DNA from: Eledone cirrhosa
Lineage: Eukaryota
Assembly: GCA_964016885.1 (NCBI GenBank)
Contig: OZ024763.1
Coordinates: 9,238,001 to 9,302,000 of the forward strand
Direction: 5' to 3'
Length of the DNA stretch: 64,000 bases
Below the pieces are notes generated by a model. It worked only from the letters and a program-made list of their open reading frames with translations. It ran no database searches and was not told the DNA's origin. Below, in pieces: positions 52,205-64,000 of this stretch. How positions within the stretch are numbered: the stretch's first letter is position 1; the number at the start of each line of letters is the position of its first letter. The translations under genes were made by a program, and so were the position numbers.

Positions 52205-53306
52205 ATTTTTACGTCCGCTTTTCCCTGCTTGCAAGGGTGGGATAGGTCCTATTCAGCACAGCATCTCTCCACTCGTCATGGTCCTTTCTCATCTCCCCTG
52301 TGAGCTTCATCGACCTGAGGTCTGCTCTCACCACCTCCGCCCATGTTTTGTGTGGTCTTCCTCTACTGGGATTTCTTGGCACTTCTTTACCCAGCGGTCA
52401 TCATCCATGTGTATCACATGTCCATACCATCACAGTCTTCTCTCCCACACACTGTAACTTATCCCTCTTATACACAGTTTCTCTCTCAACTCATCTATGC
52501 TTGGTCGTTCACGCAAATTGACATTGCACATCCAACAGAGCATGCTTGCTTCATTTCTCTCCAGCTGTCGCATATCCTCTGCAGTTGCTGCCCATGTCTC
52601 ACTACCATGAAGCATCACGCATCTCATACAGGCATCATATAACCGGCCTTTTGTATGCAGCGAGAAACTCTTCTTTGTCAACAGAGGAGGCAGCTCCCTA
52701 AACTCTTCCAACCTGTCCTTTTTCTAGATACTATGGCCTCGAAACACCCCCTCCCATGCTAATCTGATCACCTAGGTACCGGAAGTTATCAACCACCTCT
52801 ATAGAACCCACCTGCATTTGAAAAATGTGTCTATCACTGCGACTTCTACTGTCAAATTTCCCTGTACATCTACTGCATACATAGTTTTCCCTACCTGTTA
52901 GTTTGCCTGCTATCCCACTACATCTCTTGTGTACCCAAGATCTGCATTGTGTACATTTTATAGAATTTATGCCAGCTCCTTTTCTACATATCGAACATGG
53001 CCATTTCCCTGGCGGAATCAGAGTTTTGTCTGCTTTTCTACTCATCAACACTTTTGTCTTAGCTAGGTTCACTCTCAGTCCTTTTGCTTCCAACTGCTGT
53101 TTCCAGAGCCAGAATTTATTCTCTAGCTCCTCTACTGATTCTGCTATAAGAACCAGATCGTCAGCATAGAGAAGTTCCCATGGGCAAACAGTCTTAAACT
53201 CCTGTCATGGCTTGGAGGACTATAATGAACAAGAGTGGGCTGAGGACCGAACCCTGATGTACTCCTACTTGTATCTGGAATTCCTCACTAAACTCCATTT
53301 CCTACT
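52205..53306 (-). mobile_element. RTE LINE (second subfamily), 5'-truncated
   Basis: PWELLYADDL, KWPCSICRKG..CTQCRSWVHKRCSG, RLYDACMR..LHGSETW. Confidence 0.9.
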
Positions 53307-53432
53307 CACACTTTACTGACATTTAATACATATATATATATATATATATATGTAAGTATGTTTTGAAACAGTGAGCAGGTTTGAAATGAGAAAATAGTAT
53401 AGCTTTCACCATACTTTTCAACTAAAGAAATT

Positions 53433-53526
53433 TTAGTCTGATAATGGGGTTTAGAACTCTCAGATAAATGGAAAAAGATGAGTTTTTCCATTTATCTGAG
53501 GGTTCTAAACCCCATTATCAGACTAA
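53433..53526. repeat. 94-bp palindrome (44-bp arms, one mismatch, 6-nt loop)
   Basis: ttagtctgataatggggtttagaactctcagataaatggaaaaa-gatgag-tttttccatttatctgagggttctaaaccccattatcagactaa. Confidence 0.95.
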
Positions 53527-53553
53527 TATATATATATTATAGAGAGCATATAT

Positions 53554-53888
53554 TATGGATGTGCAATGTCAATGTGCGTGAACGACCAAGCATAGATGAG
53601 TTGAGAAAGAAACTGGGTATAAGAGGGATAAGTTGTGGTGTGCAGGAGAGAAGGCTGAGATGGTATGGACATGTGATGTGCATGGAGCATGACTGCTGGG
53701 TAAAGAAGTGTCAAGAAATCCCAGTAGAAGGAAGACGACAAGAAACATGGGCGGAGGTGGTGAGAGCAGACCTCAGACTGCTGAAGCTCACGGAGGAGAT
53801 GACAAAGGACCGTGAGAAGTGGAGAGATGCTGTGCTCGTCCCACCCTTGCAAGCAGGTAAAAGCAGACTTAAAATGATGATGATGATG
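53554..53888 (+). mobile_element. RTE LINE 3' end, inverted relative to 52205-52535
   Basis: WMCNVNVRERPSIDELRKKLGIRGISCGVQERRLRWYGHV; (TGA)n tail. Confidence 0.9.
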
Positions 53889-55244
53889 TATGTATTTTTG
53901 TATATATATGTATGTACTTGTGTATGTGTATTTACATACACATATGTGTATGTGTGTTTGTACGTATGTATGTGTATGTATGTATACGCATATGTATGTA
54001 TGTCTATGAGTGTATATATGTGGTTGATCACTTATAAATCTATGTAAGAGTGTATATAGATGTATGGACAGATGCACACATGTGGGTGTATGTGTATGTA
54101 TGTATATTTGTATGTGTATATATATTTTCTCCGTTTCATTTTTAATAGATATCATTTTTAAAATTTATATCCAAAACATAATTATTTTGTCTGACTAATG
54201 AGCTAGATATTTCTGTAAGAATCATCTAGCTTCTCAAAACCTTCAGTAATGGAATAATTATGTAATTAAATAGCTCTGTACTATATATATAGAGCACTCT
54301 TCTTTCCTTTACCTTTTCTATGGAAATACTTAACACATATATATATATATATATATATATCCACCCTGTAAAGAGGTCATGCTTGAGCAACATCAAAAAG
54401 CACCCAGTCCATCCTATTGGTGCCATGACAAAAAGTACCAAGTGATTCCTGTAAAATGATAGTGCAGGTGCAAAGAAAAACACTCCCAGTACATGATAAA
54501 ATGTGGTTAGAAGGGCATCAAGCCAAAACCAGATTGTATGAGCAAGACATTGTCACCTGATCATAATGTGACAGACCAGCTAACCTATGCAAGTATGGAA
54601 AATAGAAATCAAACTTTTCCATGGCAGCATGGATTGAATAGGTTATCACTGACCAAATCAGTACTTTATCAGGACCAGTGACCTCTCAAAACAGGTCAGG
54701 GGCTTGCATCTCACATGTACATTCTTCCACTTTACAGTGTGTACTGGGTGCATTTTATTGTGGCACCAGCACAATGGGAGGTTATCCTGTCGTTGACAAA
54801 ACAGATGAGTAGAACACAGCAGGTATTCAAAAATTCAAGGTAAATTTAATGCAGATTTCACATACATGTAAATGCATCAAGTGTTGACACTCTTTCGGCA
54901 TCATTGTGTTCCAGTTTATCCTATCAGTGGAGTAGCCTCCTTGCAGAATTAAAGTACATGTGGGTGAGTATTTCATAGCACAGGTACCCTTAATATAGTT
55001 CTTAAGTAGATTCAGCATGACAAGGTTGGCCCTCTCAATTAGAGATACATATCATTTATGCTAGCTGAGTGGAATGTAAAATAATGTCTTGCTCAAGAGC
55101 ACAATGCACTGACTGGAATCAAACTCATAACGTTTTAATACTGAGCTGAATGCATTAACAGCTTCACACACAGCCCTTTATTTTGTAATAAACTTTTATA
55201 CACAAGTATAGCAATATAGTGTAAAGGGGAAGTGTTGGAGTCAC

Positions 55245-55960
55245 AATGTAATGCACCTAGTACACTCTGTAAAGTGGTAGTTCTGCTGTCAGAATATAAT
55301 ACAGTACACTCTGTAAAGTGTTAGTACTGGTACCACGATATAATACACCCAGTACACTATGTAAAGTGTTAGTACTGGTACCACAATATAATATACCCAG
55401 TACACTCTGTAAAGTGTTAGTACTGGTACCACGATATAATACACCCAATACACTCTGTAAAGTGGTAGTTCTGGTGTCACAATATAATACACCCAGTACA
55501 GTCTGTAAAGTGGTAGTGTTGGTGCCATGATATAATACACCCAGTACACTCTGTAAAGTGGTAGTTCTGGTATCAGAATATAATACACCCAGTACACTCT
55601 GTAAAGTGGTAGTTCTGGTATCAGAATATAATACACTCTACACTCTGTAAAGTATTAGTACTGGTACCACGATATAATATACCTAGTACACTCTGTAAAA
55701 GTGCTAATACTGTAATAGAATACAACTAATACATACTGGTGCCACAATATAATGCACCAAGTACACTCTGTAAAGTATTAGTGCAATGCACCCAGTACAG
55801 TCTGTAAAGTGGTAGTGCTGCTGCCACAACATAATGCACCAAGTACACTCTGTAAAGAAGAGCATCCTGCCATAAGAGAAAACTGTGGTTTTCCAACCTG
55901 TCTAGTCTAATAACCTGACAACCCATCCAAGGGTGGAAAGCAGATGTGAAATGGTAATGA
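55245..55960 (+). repeat. ~48-bp minisatellite (~12 units) ending in a LINE/SINE tail
   Basis: cagtacactctgtaaagtg with period 48 (55353, 55401, 55449, 55497, 55545, 55593). Confidence 0.92.
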
Positions 55961-57139
55961 TGATGGTGGTGGTGGTGATGGTAGTGATGATGATGGTAGT
56001 GGTGGTGATGGTGATGGCGGTGGTGGTGATGATACCAGTTGCAAGTGGTTAAGCCTTCCACAGACATATGCATCCTAACATAGTTCTCAGGGAGATTGAG
56101 TGTAGCAGCGTGTGACAAAGCTGGCCCTTTAAATTACAGGTACAGTATGTGGTAACATGCAATGGCTGAGCATTTCACAGATACATGTACCTTTAATGCA
56201 GTTCTCACAGAGATTCAGCATGACACTGTGTGTGGAAAGGCTAACTGAATTACAGCTTCAACTCATTTTTACCAGCTGACAAAGCTGACAAGCAACTTGA
56301 CAAAGTGTCTTCCACCAGGAATCAAACTCATGATCTTACAATCCTGAGCCAAACATCCTAACTACTAAACCATGCATCTTCAATCTATTAAACAGACCTC
56401 AAGAACATCCTGATATGAGTCAATCCTAGTCTACTTCAACAGCAAAACAGAAACATGTCAACACATACCACGGAAATGGACAACGTGTGTATGTGGCCAC
56501 TTAACTAGAAATAGCAGACTAATCTACCTCAACTCATAGTCAAGTGTCTTAACCATTTTTCATTTTTTTTATATAAACAGGCTGAAATTGTTTCAATGTG
56601 TTTATATCTATCTAAAAACCTTCCATCATAATTGCATGCAAGAACCTTTGTTAAGTTATGTTCCACACAGCTGTTTAATAATGAGAAAGTAATATTGCAT
56701 AATCCTTCCAAATACCTGATTATTATTTTTATTGTCACAAAAGAGTTAAAATGTTTATATTCATCTAAAAACTTTCCATCAGAATTACATAAAAGAAGCT
56801 TTATTATGATTAAAACACCAGCTTAATGAGATCATTAGGTTAATTATTAAATCCCTCCAAATTCTTGATCTTTTTTAAAATGATTTGAAAATCATAGGCA
56901 GTGTCTTTCATTAGAAATATTGTCACAAAAGGGTTAATCTTTTTCATATCAAACAACCTGAAACCGCCCTTGTTCTATGATGCAAAACTCTTTCTTTCAA
57001 AATGTTTATATTTATCTAAAAATCTTCCATTTATAATATTATGTAAGAACCTTTATCTGTTAGAACACGAAAAGTGTGAAACAACAGAATGTTCACTTTT
57101 CGTGTTCTAACATATATGCCTAGCTTCTTTAAAAATTTT

Positions 57140-57200
57140 TCGGGGATAGCCGTGGTGGTGGTGATCGTATGTCATTGGCTAATTTTCAACCAATCAGAGT
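57140..57200. promoter_or_regulatory. possible promoter-like patch: two opposed CCAAT boxes in a locally CpG-containing region
   Basis: cattggct at 57173-57180 and accaatcag at 57189-57197; no transcript evidence. Confidence 0.25.
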
Positions 57201-58455
57201 ACCTCTCTCTATATCTCTTCCACTGTTACTTACGCCTGTTTCTCTCTATCTGTTCCGTCTCTATATATCTCTTACTCTTTCGCTTTGCACTCCTCCCCTT
57301 CAATACCATCTCTCCCCCTCTCTATATATTTGTTACTCTATCGCTGCACGCTCCTCTCCTTCAATATATCAATTACACACGCTTTACACTCCTTTATCCC
57401 CAGCGCCCCTATATATACACACACCCCTCTCCCGCATCTATATTTTAATGTACCGTTGCACCGTGAATATATGTGTCTATATATATATACATATATATTG
57501 TATATACACATTCATGTATGTGTATACACACTCATGTATGTATATACACTGGTTTTATGTGTGTATTGTAAATTTGTACTGTTAAAACACGAAACTAACA
57601 TTCGATTGACACTTTGATTACCTGTACAGGCAATAGTTATTAGAATGCTGTTGAAGTGTGTATATATTTTGGGGGGACATCCTGTATATACACACATTAT
57701 ATATAATACAATAAACAGATAAATACACACATATATATATGAGCTTATTTAATTATAAATATTGTGAATTTTTAACTCAGTTCAATTATATATATAAATG
57801 GCTTCTACAGGACTAGAACTGTTTCATTCGAAAGAAATCATCATAATATTGAGAGGGGGGACTAGATAAAATATTTCAAATCAAATGTGTATAAGTTATA
57901 AGTTAAAATGTATAAATAGAGACGATAGTGGAGGTATATCTGTTTAGTGGAACAGTAGACGATAGAATTAACTACAGACGAGAATCTCCCTTTAATGAAA
58001 CAGCAGACGATAGAATTAAGGCAATTTAAATTTTAAGCATTTGCATTTTTGCCTTTCATCGTTACGGGGTCGATAAAATAAAGTACCAGTAATACACTGT
58101 CACTAGACGACTTTCAAATTGAATTGTTGGTTCCATTTCTTTAGTATTTTCAATTGTAGTTATCTACTTAAAAAGCGTTACACGGTTAGAGACATAATTC
58201 GTAAGTTATATCTTCCCTATTAAACCATTGCATTATTTCGCCTACAATAGAACAAAAATGAAATGTTCTTTAAAGAAACAGGAATATAACTTTATAAAAA
58301 AAAAAGTTGCATCCGCTTCTTTTATCATTGATAATTTTTTCGTTTTAATATTAATTGTTTTTTGTAGTTGTTTATATTAAAAATCTTACTGTAATATTTA
58401 CTTAAACGAAGGCAGACATCTAAACTTATAGATTAATCTTGAGCGAAGGACTACA

Positions 58456-58557
<102 letters not shown>

Positions 58558-59059
58558 AACGAAGAATGATAACATCTCAAGCAAAGAGTTTAATTAGGTA
58601 ATGACTTACAAATTTGTTTCAGTATATAGACAAAGCCTGAAGCGCTAATTATAATAATTAGTTAATAATATTACAAAATATATTAATATTATATTAAATA
58701 TATACTGAAACCAATCAGTTTAGCAGAAAGTTTCCAGACAAGAAACACGCATATTTTGCTATCCTCAAACACGTTTACACATGGCATGAAATATAACTAA
58801 TCCGAGATGGCTAGGTTTCATCTTCTAACTGGATATACGAAATCCATTATGTCTTGACAACAACATGAGGTAACATTATGTTATTCACAGACACACTTTG
58901 TACACTGTTCCATATCAGAATGTATTTCCTTCGTCACATTCACAAACAGTATTGAAAATATGTTCTTCGGCAAATAAAAATGTTTTGTTCATAATATTTC
59001 AACTAGCGATTGCTCTACTCCACGCACGACCACCATAAATTAATGACCAGCTCAACACA

Positions 59060-59232
59060 AGTATTGGTAGAGCGTCAGACACCATGCTTTGCAGTATTGT
59101 TATGGTCCTTTGCATTCTAAGTTCAAATCCTGCCGAGGTTAACTTCGACTTTCATACTTACTAATTCGATAAAATAAAGTACCAGTAATGGACTGCCGTA
59201 ATGGATTTGTGCCGAAAAATAGAAACACTATT
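59060..59232 (+). mobile_element. degraded tRNA-derived SINE (family of 8550-9590)
   Basis: aagttcaaatcctgccgaggttaacttcgactttcat...gataaaataaagtaccag. Confidence 0.7.
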
Positions 59233-59783
59233 AATGTGCAATAAGAGCAAAATATAACGACATTGCTCAATTATTTTATCTAATGTTGTAATAACACAAG
59301 GAAATGTTGTTTGTGTATTTTTTTTTATATTTGCTCATAGGCTTTTACAATTTCGCTCAGCCAACAACTATTAAAAAGTGAGTTGCTTAAGATAACAATT
59401 TAATCACAAATTGTTGCTATCTTTTAATACACTCCAACAAGTCGTCAAATTATGTACAATAAAAACAAATCTTATTAATTTGCTCAGGGAATATAAAGAA
59501 AATGTATATACACTGATAATTGCAATTGTATGTAAATATTTTGTTTTTGTATTGTATATTTTATGTTTTCTATTATGTATAATATATTGATTTAATATTG
59601 ATTGTTTTTTGTAGTTGTTTATATTAAAAGTCTGAAAATATTTTTATACATCTTACACTAATATTTATAAGATAATTTATAATAACAATTACATAATCTA
59701 ATTACATTACAACGATAATTTATTATTAATATATATCCTGTTTAACTAGAGTTATTACAAGCGTTGCCTTAAAAAAATATTAA

Positions 59784-60740
59784 ACTAGACATGAAAAATG
59801 CGCAAGCTCAAAAGTGCCACAGAATGTTATAATAAACCTTCAAAAGTGTGGGACTAGAGTTGTTGCTAAAAAATATTGTAATCATTATATATCGTACATT
59901 CTGTGGCATCCTTTATAAAAATAGCTTAAACCAACGAAGCTTTTATTTTTACGCTATTTCACTTAGTTAATTCTTAGAGTGTAACATATAAAAATAAATA
60001 CATCTATGTTTAATGTAATAACAGCTATAAATAATTACGTAATATTATTATCATATACTCATAGTAACAAAATAATTGTGTTGAAACTTAATATGATGCT
60101 TATATGAACGATCAAATCTATAATGATAATTTCTTAAATATACTAATAGTAAAATAATTTAGTTATCTATTGTTACATTTTCATAGAACTATAATATTAA
60201 CAATCGTATTGCATTATCAAATTTTTATCACTACAAACTTTCATATTGGAATTACCTTAAGCCACTTATTATTACTTCGCTTTCGTACTTTTACAGCTGT
60301 AGATATTGCGCTGTATCTTATATCTAATATCAATATCTCGTGGTAATTTGCATGAAGTGTAAAATAGGTTTATTAATAACTTTAATATGAAATGTATTAT
60401 ACAGGGCTGCGGAGTCGGCCAAAACTTGACTGGCTCCAACTCAGGATCCGATATTCCATTATTTCCTAAATTTCAGCTCCGCAGCTCTGTTATTATATTA
60501 ATTAATTTATTTTATAGTTGTAAATCATATTTTTATATGTTACACTCTAAGAATTAACTAAGTGAAATAGCGTAAAAATAAAGGCTTCGTTGGTTTAAGC
60601 TATTTTTATAAAGGATGCCACAGAATGTACGATATATAATGATTACAATATTTTTTAGCAACAACTCTAGTCCCACACTTTTGAAGGTTTATTATAACAT
60701 TCTGTGGCACTTTTGAGCTTGCGCATTTTTCATGTCTAGT
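59784..60740. mobile_element. foldback element with ~213-bp near-perfect terminal inverted repeats
   Basis: 59783-59996 is the reverse complement of 60528-60741 with one mismatch seen; TAA on both flanks. Confidence 0.85.
60402..60489. mobile_element. 88-bp hAT-type MITE nested in the foldback
   Basis: CAGGGCTGCGGAG...CTCCGCAGCTCTG; flanks gtattata/ttattata (7 of 8 match). Confidence 0.72.
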
Positions 60741-62435
60741 TAAGCTATGCTCCAAGCCCTAGCTTATACCTTTTGTTATTATATTTCTAATGAAACAGAT
60801 TTCACATCACCATCCCCACCCCACCATTATCATCACATCACAATCAACACCACCACCTTCACATCATCATTGTCACCATCAACATCACAATTAACACCAT
60901 CATCACATAGCAATCAGCACCATAATCAATACTCTCATCATCATCAATTTTTTTCCCATGCTAGCAATGATTTGAGAAAAACTGAAACTTATCTAGGATT
61001 CATGTTACATTATCTCCTTAAATATCAATCTGGCAAAAGCTTGGCAGCTCTATTTCTATGAAACAAAACCACCCATTTTAAAAGTGTTCCAATTTAAATT
61101 AAAACCTTTCAACAAAATTTTATATAAGAACCATTTACAAATATCATCTTAACCATTTTGTTACCAGATTTCTAATTAAAGACACTGTAGAATTTTCAGT
61201 TAATTTTGAAAATAATCAAATATTTTGAGGGATTTAGCAATATAATTAACTTAGTCATAATTAAGATGGTGTTTGGAACATAAATGTTCTTATATAAAAT
61301 TATGGTGGAAGGTTTTTGGTAAATATAAACAGTTTTATATCATAGAACAAGATGTTAAAAATAATTTTGATAACTGTAAATATGGTTTATATTAAGAAGG
61401 GTATACAGTTGTGAAAAACCCAGCCAAAATACAGCAAGGTACGGTGTGGCCAACTGGCTAGACTTGCTTCTTAATGTGGATGACCCATCTAACCCATGCA
61501 AGCATGGAAAAATAAGACATTAAATGGTGATGATCATATCCCTCCAAATTCTTCATTAACCCATTTTTACCATATTTTTAATAAAAGCCTCTGTTATTGA
61601 TTTTTTTTGATTTTTTATTAATTTACAATATAATCAATAATTTCAAGGGATTTAGTGACACAACTCCATTATTAAGTTGGTGCTTGGAAGATTCTAACAT
61701 AAAATAATGATGGAATTTCTTTTTAGATAAATATAAATTCTTTAACCCTTTCGTAACCATATTTCTAATAACAGATACTGCCTTTGTATTTTTCAAATAG
61801 TTTGGAAAATAATCAAGAATTTGGAAGGACTTGGTAATATAACTTTCTCATTATTGAACTGGTGTTTGGAACATAACTTAACAAATTTAGAACATAATTT
61901 AACAAAAGTTCTTATGTAAAATTATGAAAGGTTTCTAGATGAATATAAACAATTTAAAATAGAATGGAGGAATTAATTAATTAATTAATTAAAATAACCT
62001 GAATTTCATTAGAAATGCAATCATAAAATGGTTACAATGAATAATAATTGAAAAAAAAAAAAAGAGAAAATTTACATTTTTCAGATGATGTCTTGTGGTG
62101 TTTTCATTTTAACATCCTATCTGGAATATTCCATCTGCTTGTCTATCTGTCTCCTGTCAGTCTCTCTGTCCATCCACTTGTCTGTATATATGTCTCCACT
62201 TAGTCTCCATTTGTTTGTTTGTCCTGTGTCTGTTGACTAAATGTAATAACACCCCCACACAACACAACAACATATACACAAACACAAATACATCAATACA
62301 CAAACACACACCAAACAAGCTGGATATATTAGTAATTTAAGGCTTGTCAAAGTAGCAAAAACGATTAAAAATTGACAAATCATACAAGTATGTGTGTGTG
62401 TGCATGTGTTTATGTTTTAAATATTTGTATATATA

Positions 62436-63108
62436 CTAGCGACCGACATCCCAGCCTTCATCTCGGTTTGTACTGAGATGATATTGTCATCTGTGGTAAT
62501 GCCCATTTTCCTTAAAATAAGGAATGTTAAAAGGTATCTAAATATTGCATAATATACATTTTAAAAACTTATTTAGAATATCTAAATACAGAAAGTAATA
62601 ATGAAAACAATAGAAAAATGTATTCTACAAAAATTGTAAAACATTTACAGATCTTCAGTGTTTACAATGCTTTTAACATTTTCCTTTGGGGCATATATGA
62701 AAAGTTTGTGGGGTCTTCCTACTCTGGAATAGCCTACATATAATTGATGAACTGAGAAACAGCCTTCTTCTAGATGGAGACCAACAATCTGCAGTGTTTG
62801 ACCTTGGGACTTGTTGATGGTCATTGCGTACACAACACTTAATGAGAATTGCAATCATTTGAAACGAAAGAGGAGATACGTTGGTATTAGCGGTATTCTA
62901 GGTGTAAATATGAGGTCTCCCTTACAACATTCAGTGAGGATTTTTTGGCTTCAATAATGTGAGGCTGTAGTTCAGTCACAACCATACGTGACGCATTGCA
63001 CAATCTTGGCTGATCCAAGTTTGTGAGAAGAAATGGTGAATGTGCCTTTCTTTTCAAGGTTATTGGGATTATGAATAGCTACATCCATGTCGACAACTTT
63101 GTCAATAG
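62436..63108 (-). mobile_element. Helitron 3' fragment with PIF1-helicase remnant
   Basis: PRIPLIP, YAMTINKSQGQTL...CFS..QLYVGYSRVG; terminal hairpin remnant and CTAG|T at 62436. Confidence 0.88.
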
Positions 63109-63146
63109 AATATGTGTGTGTGTGTAGATATGTATATATATATATA

Positions 63147-63482
63147 TCATCATTTCATTTTACGTCCGCTTTTTCCCTGCTTGCAAGGGTGGGACAGGAA
63201 CTGATGCTGGCTTGATTTCTACAGCTAGATGCCCTTCCTAACACCAACCTCATTTACAGTGAGTGCTGGGTGCTTTTTTTCCGTGGCACCTACACGACCA
63301 CTTTGTAGTGGAATGATAGGGACCCCAGTCCCTATCATCTCATTTCTACAGCTGAGTAAACTGGAGCAATGTGAAATAAAGTGTCTTGCTCAAGGAAACA
63401 ACACATTACCCAGTCTGAGAATTGAACTCACAACCTTTTGATTGCAAGGCCAATGCTCTAACCACTAAGCCATGTGCCTCCA
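63147..63482 (-). mobile_element. full-length tRNA-derived SINE with RTE-derived tail
   Basis: Head ggaggcacaTGGCTTAGTGGttagagc...GAGTTCAATTC; core ccttgagcaagacacttt; tail as in the adjacent RTE LINE. Confidence 0.88.
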
Positions 63483-63495
63483 TTATATATATATC

Positions 63496-63710
63496 ATCAT
63501 CATCATTTTACGTCCGCTTTTCCTTGCTTGCAAGGGTGGGACGGGTCTTATTCAGCACAGCATCTCTCCACTCGTCACGGTCCTTCGTCATCTCCACCGT
63601 GAGCTTCAATGATCTGAGGTATGTTCTCACCACCTTCGCCCATGTTTTTCGTGGTCTACCTCTACCACGTCTTCCTTCAACTGGCATTTCCTGGCACTTC
63701 TTCACCCATA
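63496..63710 (-). mobile_element. RTE LINE 3' end
   Basis: VEGRRGRGRPRKTWAKVV...MTKDRDEWR; (TGA)n tail. Confidence 0.88.
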
Positions 63711-63819
63711 CTTAGGCAGCGAGTTCGCGGTAATTCCTATGTAGGTTATACTTGGAGTAATAATAGTGAAAGAATGAAGAGTAACGTGGTTGGCTGTACA
63801 ACAAGGGGCTTTATTTCAG

Positions 63820-63930
63820 GTATTAACAATTGTTTCATTGATCAGATGAGTCTAGAAGCCGCTAATCGCTCGAAGTTGCGTCACTCGATCTCCATTACAT
63901 TATTTACCTCTGATCAAATCCTCAGAATAC
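63820..63930 (-). ncRNA. type I hammerhead motif with a long stem II insertion
   Basis: GTATT-CTGAGGA-t-ttgatcaga[~62 nt]tctgatcaa-t-GAAA-CAATTG-TT-AATAC. Confidence 0.68.
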
Positions 63931-64000
63931 AAAAATAATTAATACAAGGCAAAATATATATAGAGAAATAGCGTATAATCCAAACAATAACATGAATAAT

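Noticed and set aside
55245-55860. Repeat-spacer appearance of the 48-bp array
   Set aside because: Variable parts are related variants of one monomer derived from a retroposon tail, not unique spacers
62645-62854. Host PIF1 helicase exon
   Set aside because: Frameshifted and followed by a Helitron hairpin/CTAG terminus
63405-63482. tRNA gene
   Set aside because: A and B boxes are present, but it continues into a SINE core and LINE tail; no clean cloverleaf

Overview
Eukaryotic, AT-rich, microsatellite- and transposon-dense genomic DNA; the repeat repertoire suggests an octopus or related cephalopod (inference). The window holds one host gene on the minus strand: a PTPN11/SHP2 (corkscrew)-like SH2-SH2-PTP phosphatase. 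Eleven coding exons, equivalent to human exons 3-13, can be spliced in frame with GT-AG boundaries between 23757 and the window start. The canonical exon encoding the first half of N-SH2 was not found in the 40 kb upstream; instead an unrelated 119-nt exon candidate at 26174-26292 splices in frame. The protein keeps all catalytic motifs but lacks both 'backdoor' cysteines and carries N58S- and M504L-equivalent changes. The rest of the window is intron or upstream DNA. It contains Penelope-like retroelements inserted in (TA)n, including a 6.3-kb inverted arrangement, and at least five recognisable hammerhead ribozyme motifs plus decayed ones. It also contains RTE LINEs, tRNA-derived SINEs, Helitrons, a CRE-type fragment, a four-layer nested RTE>piggyBac-MITE>hAT>Buster insertion, a 214-bp-arm foldback element, a 3.8-kb 17-mer satellite, a 3-kb (TA)n tract and a 200-N assembly gap. 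Most ORFs in the supplied track are spurious repeat translations or TE fragments.
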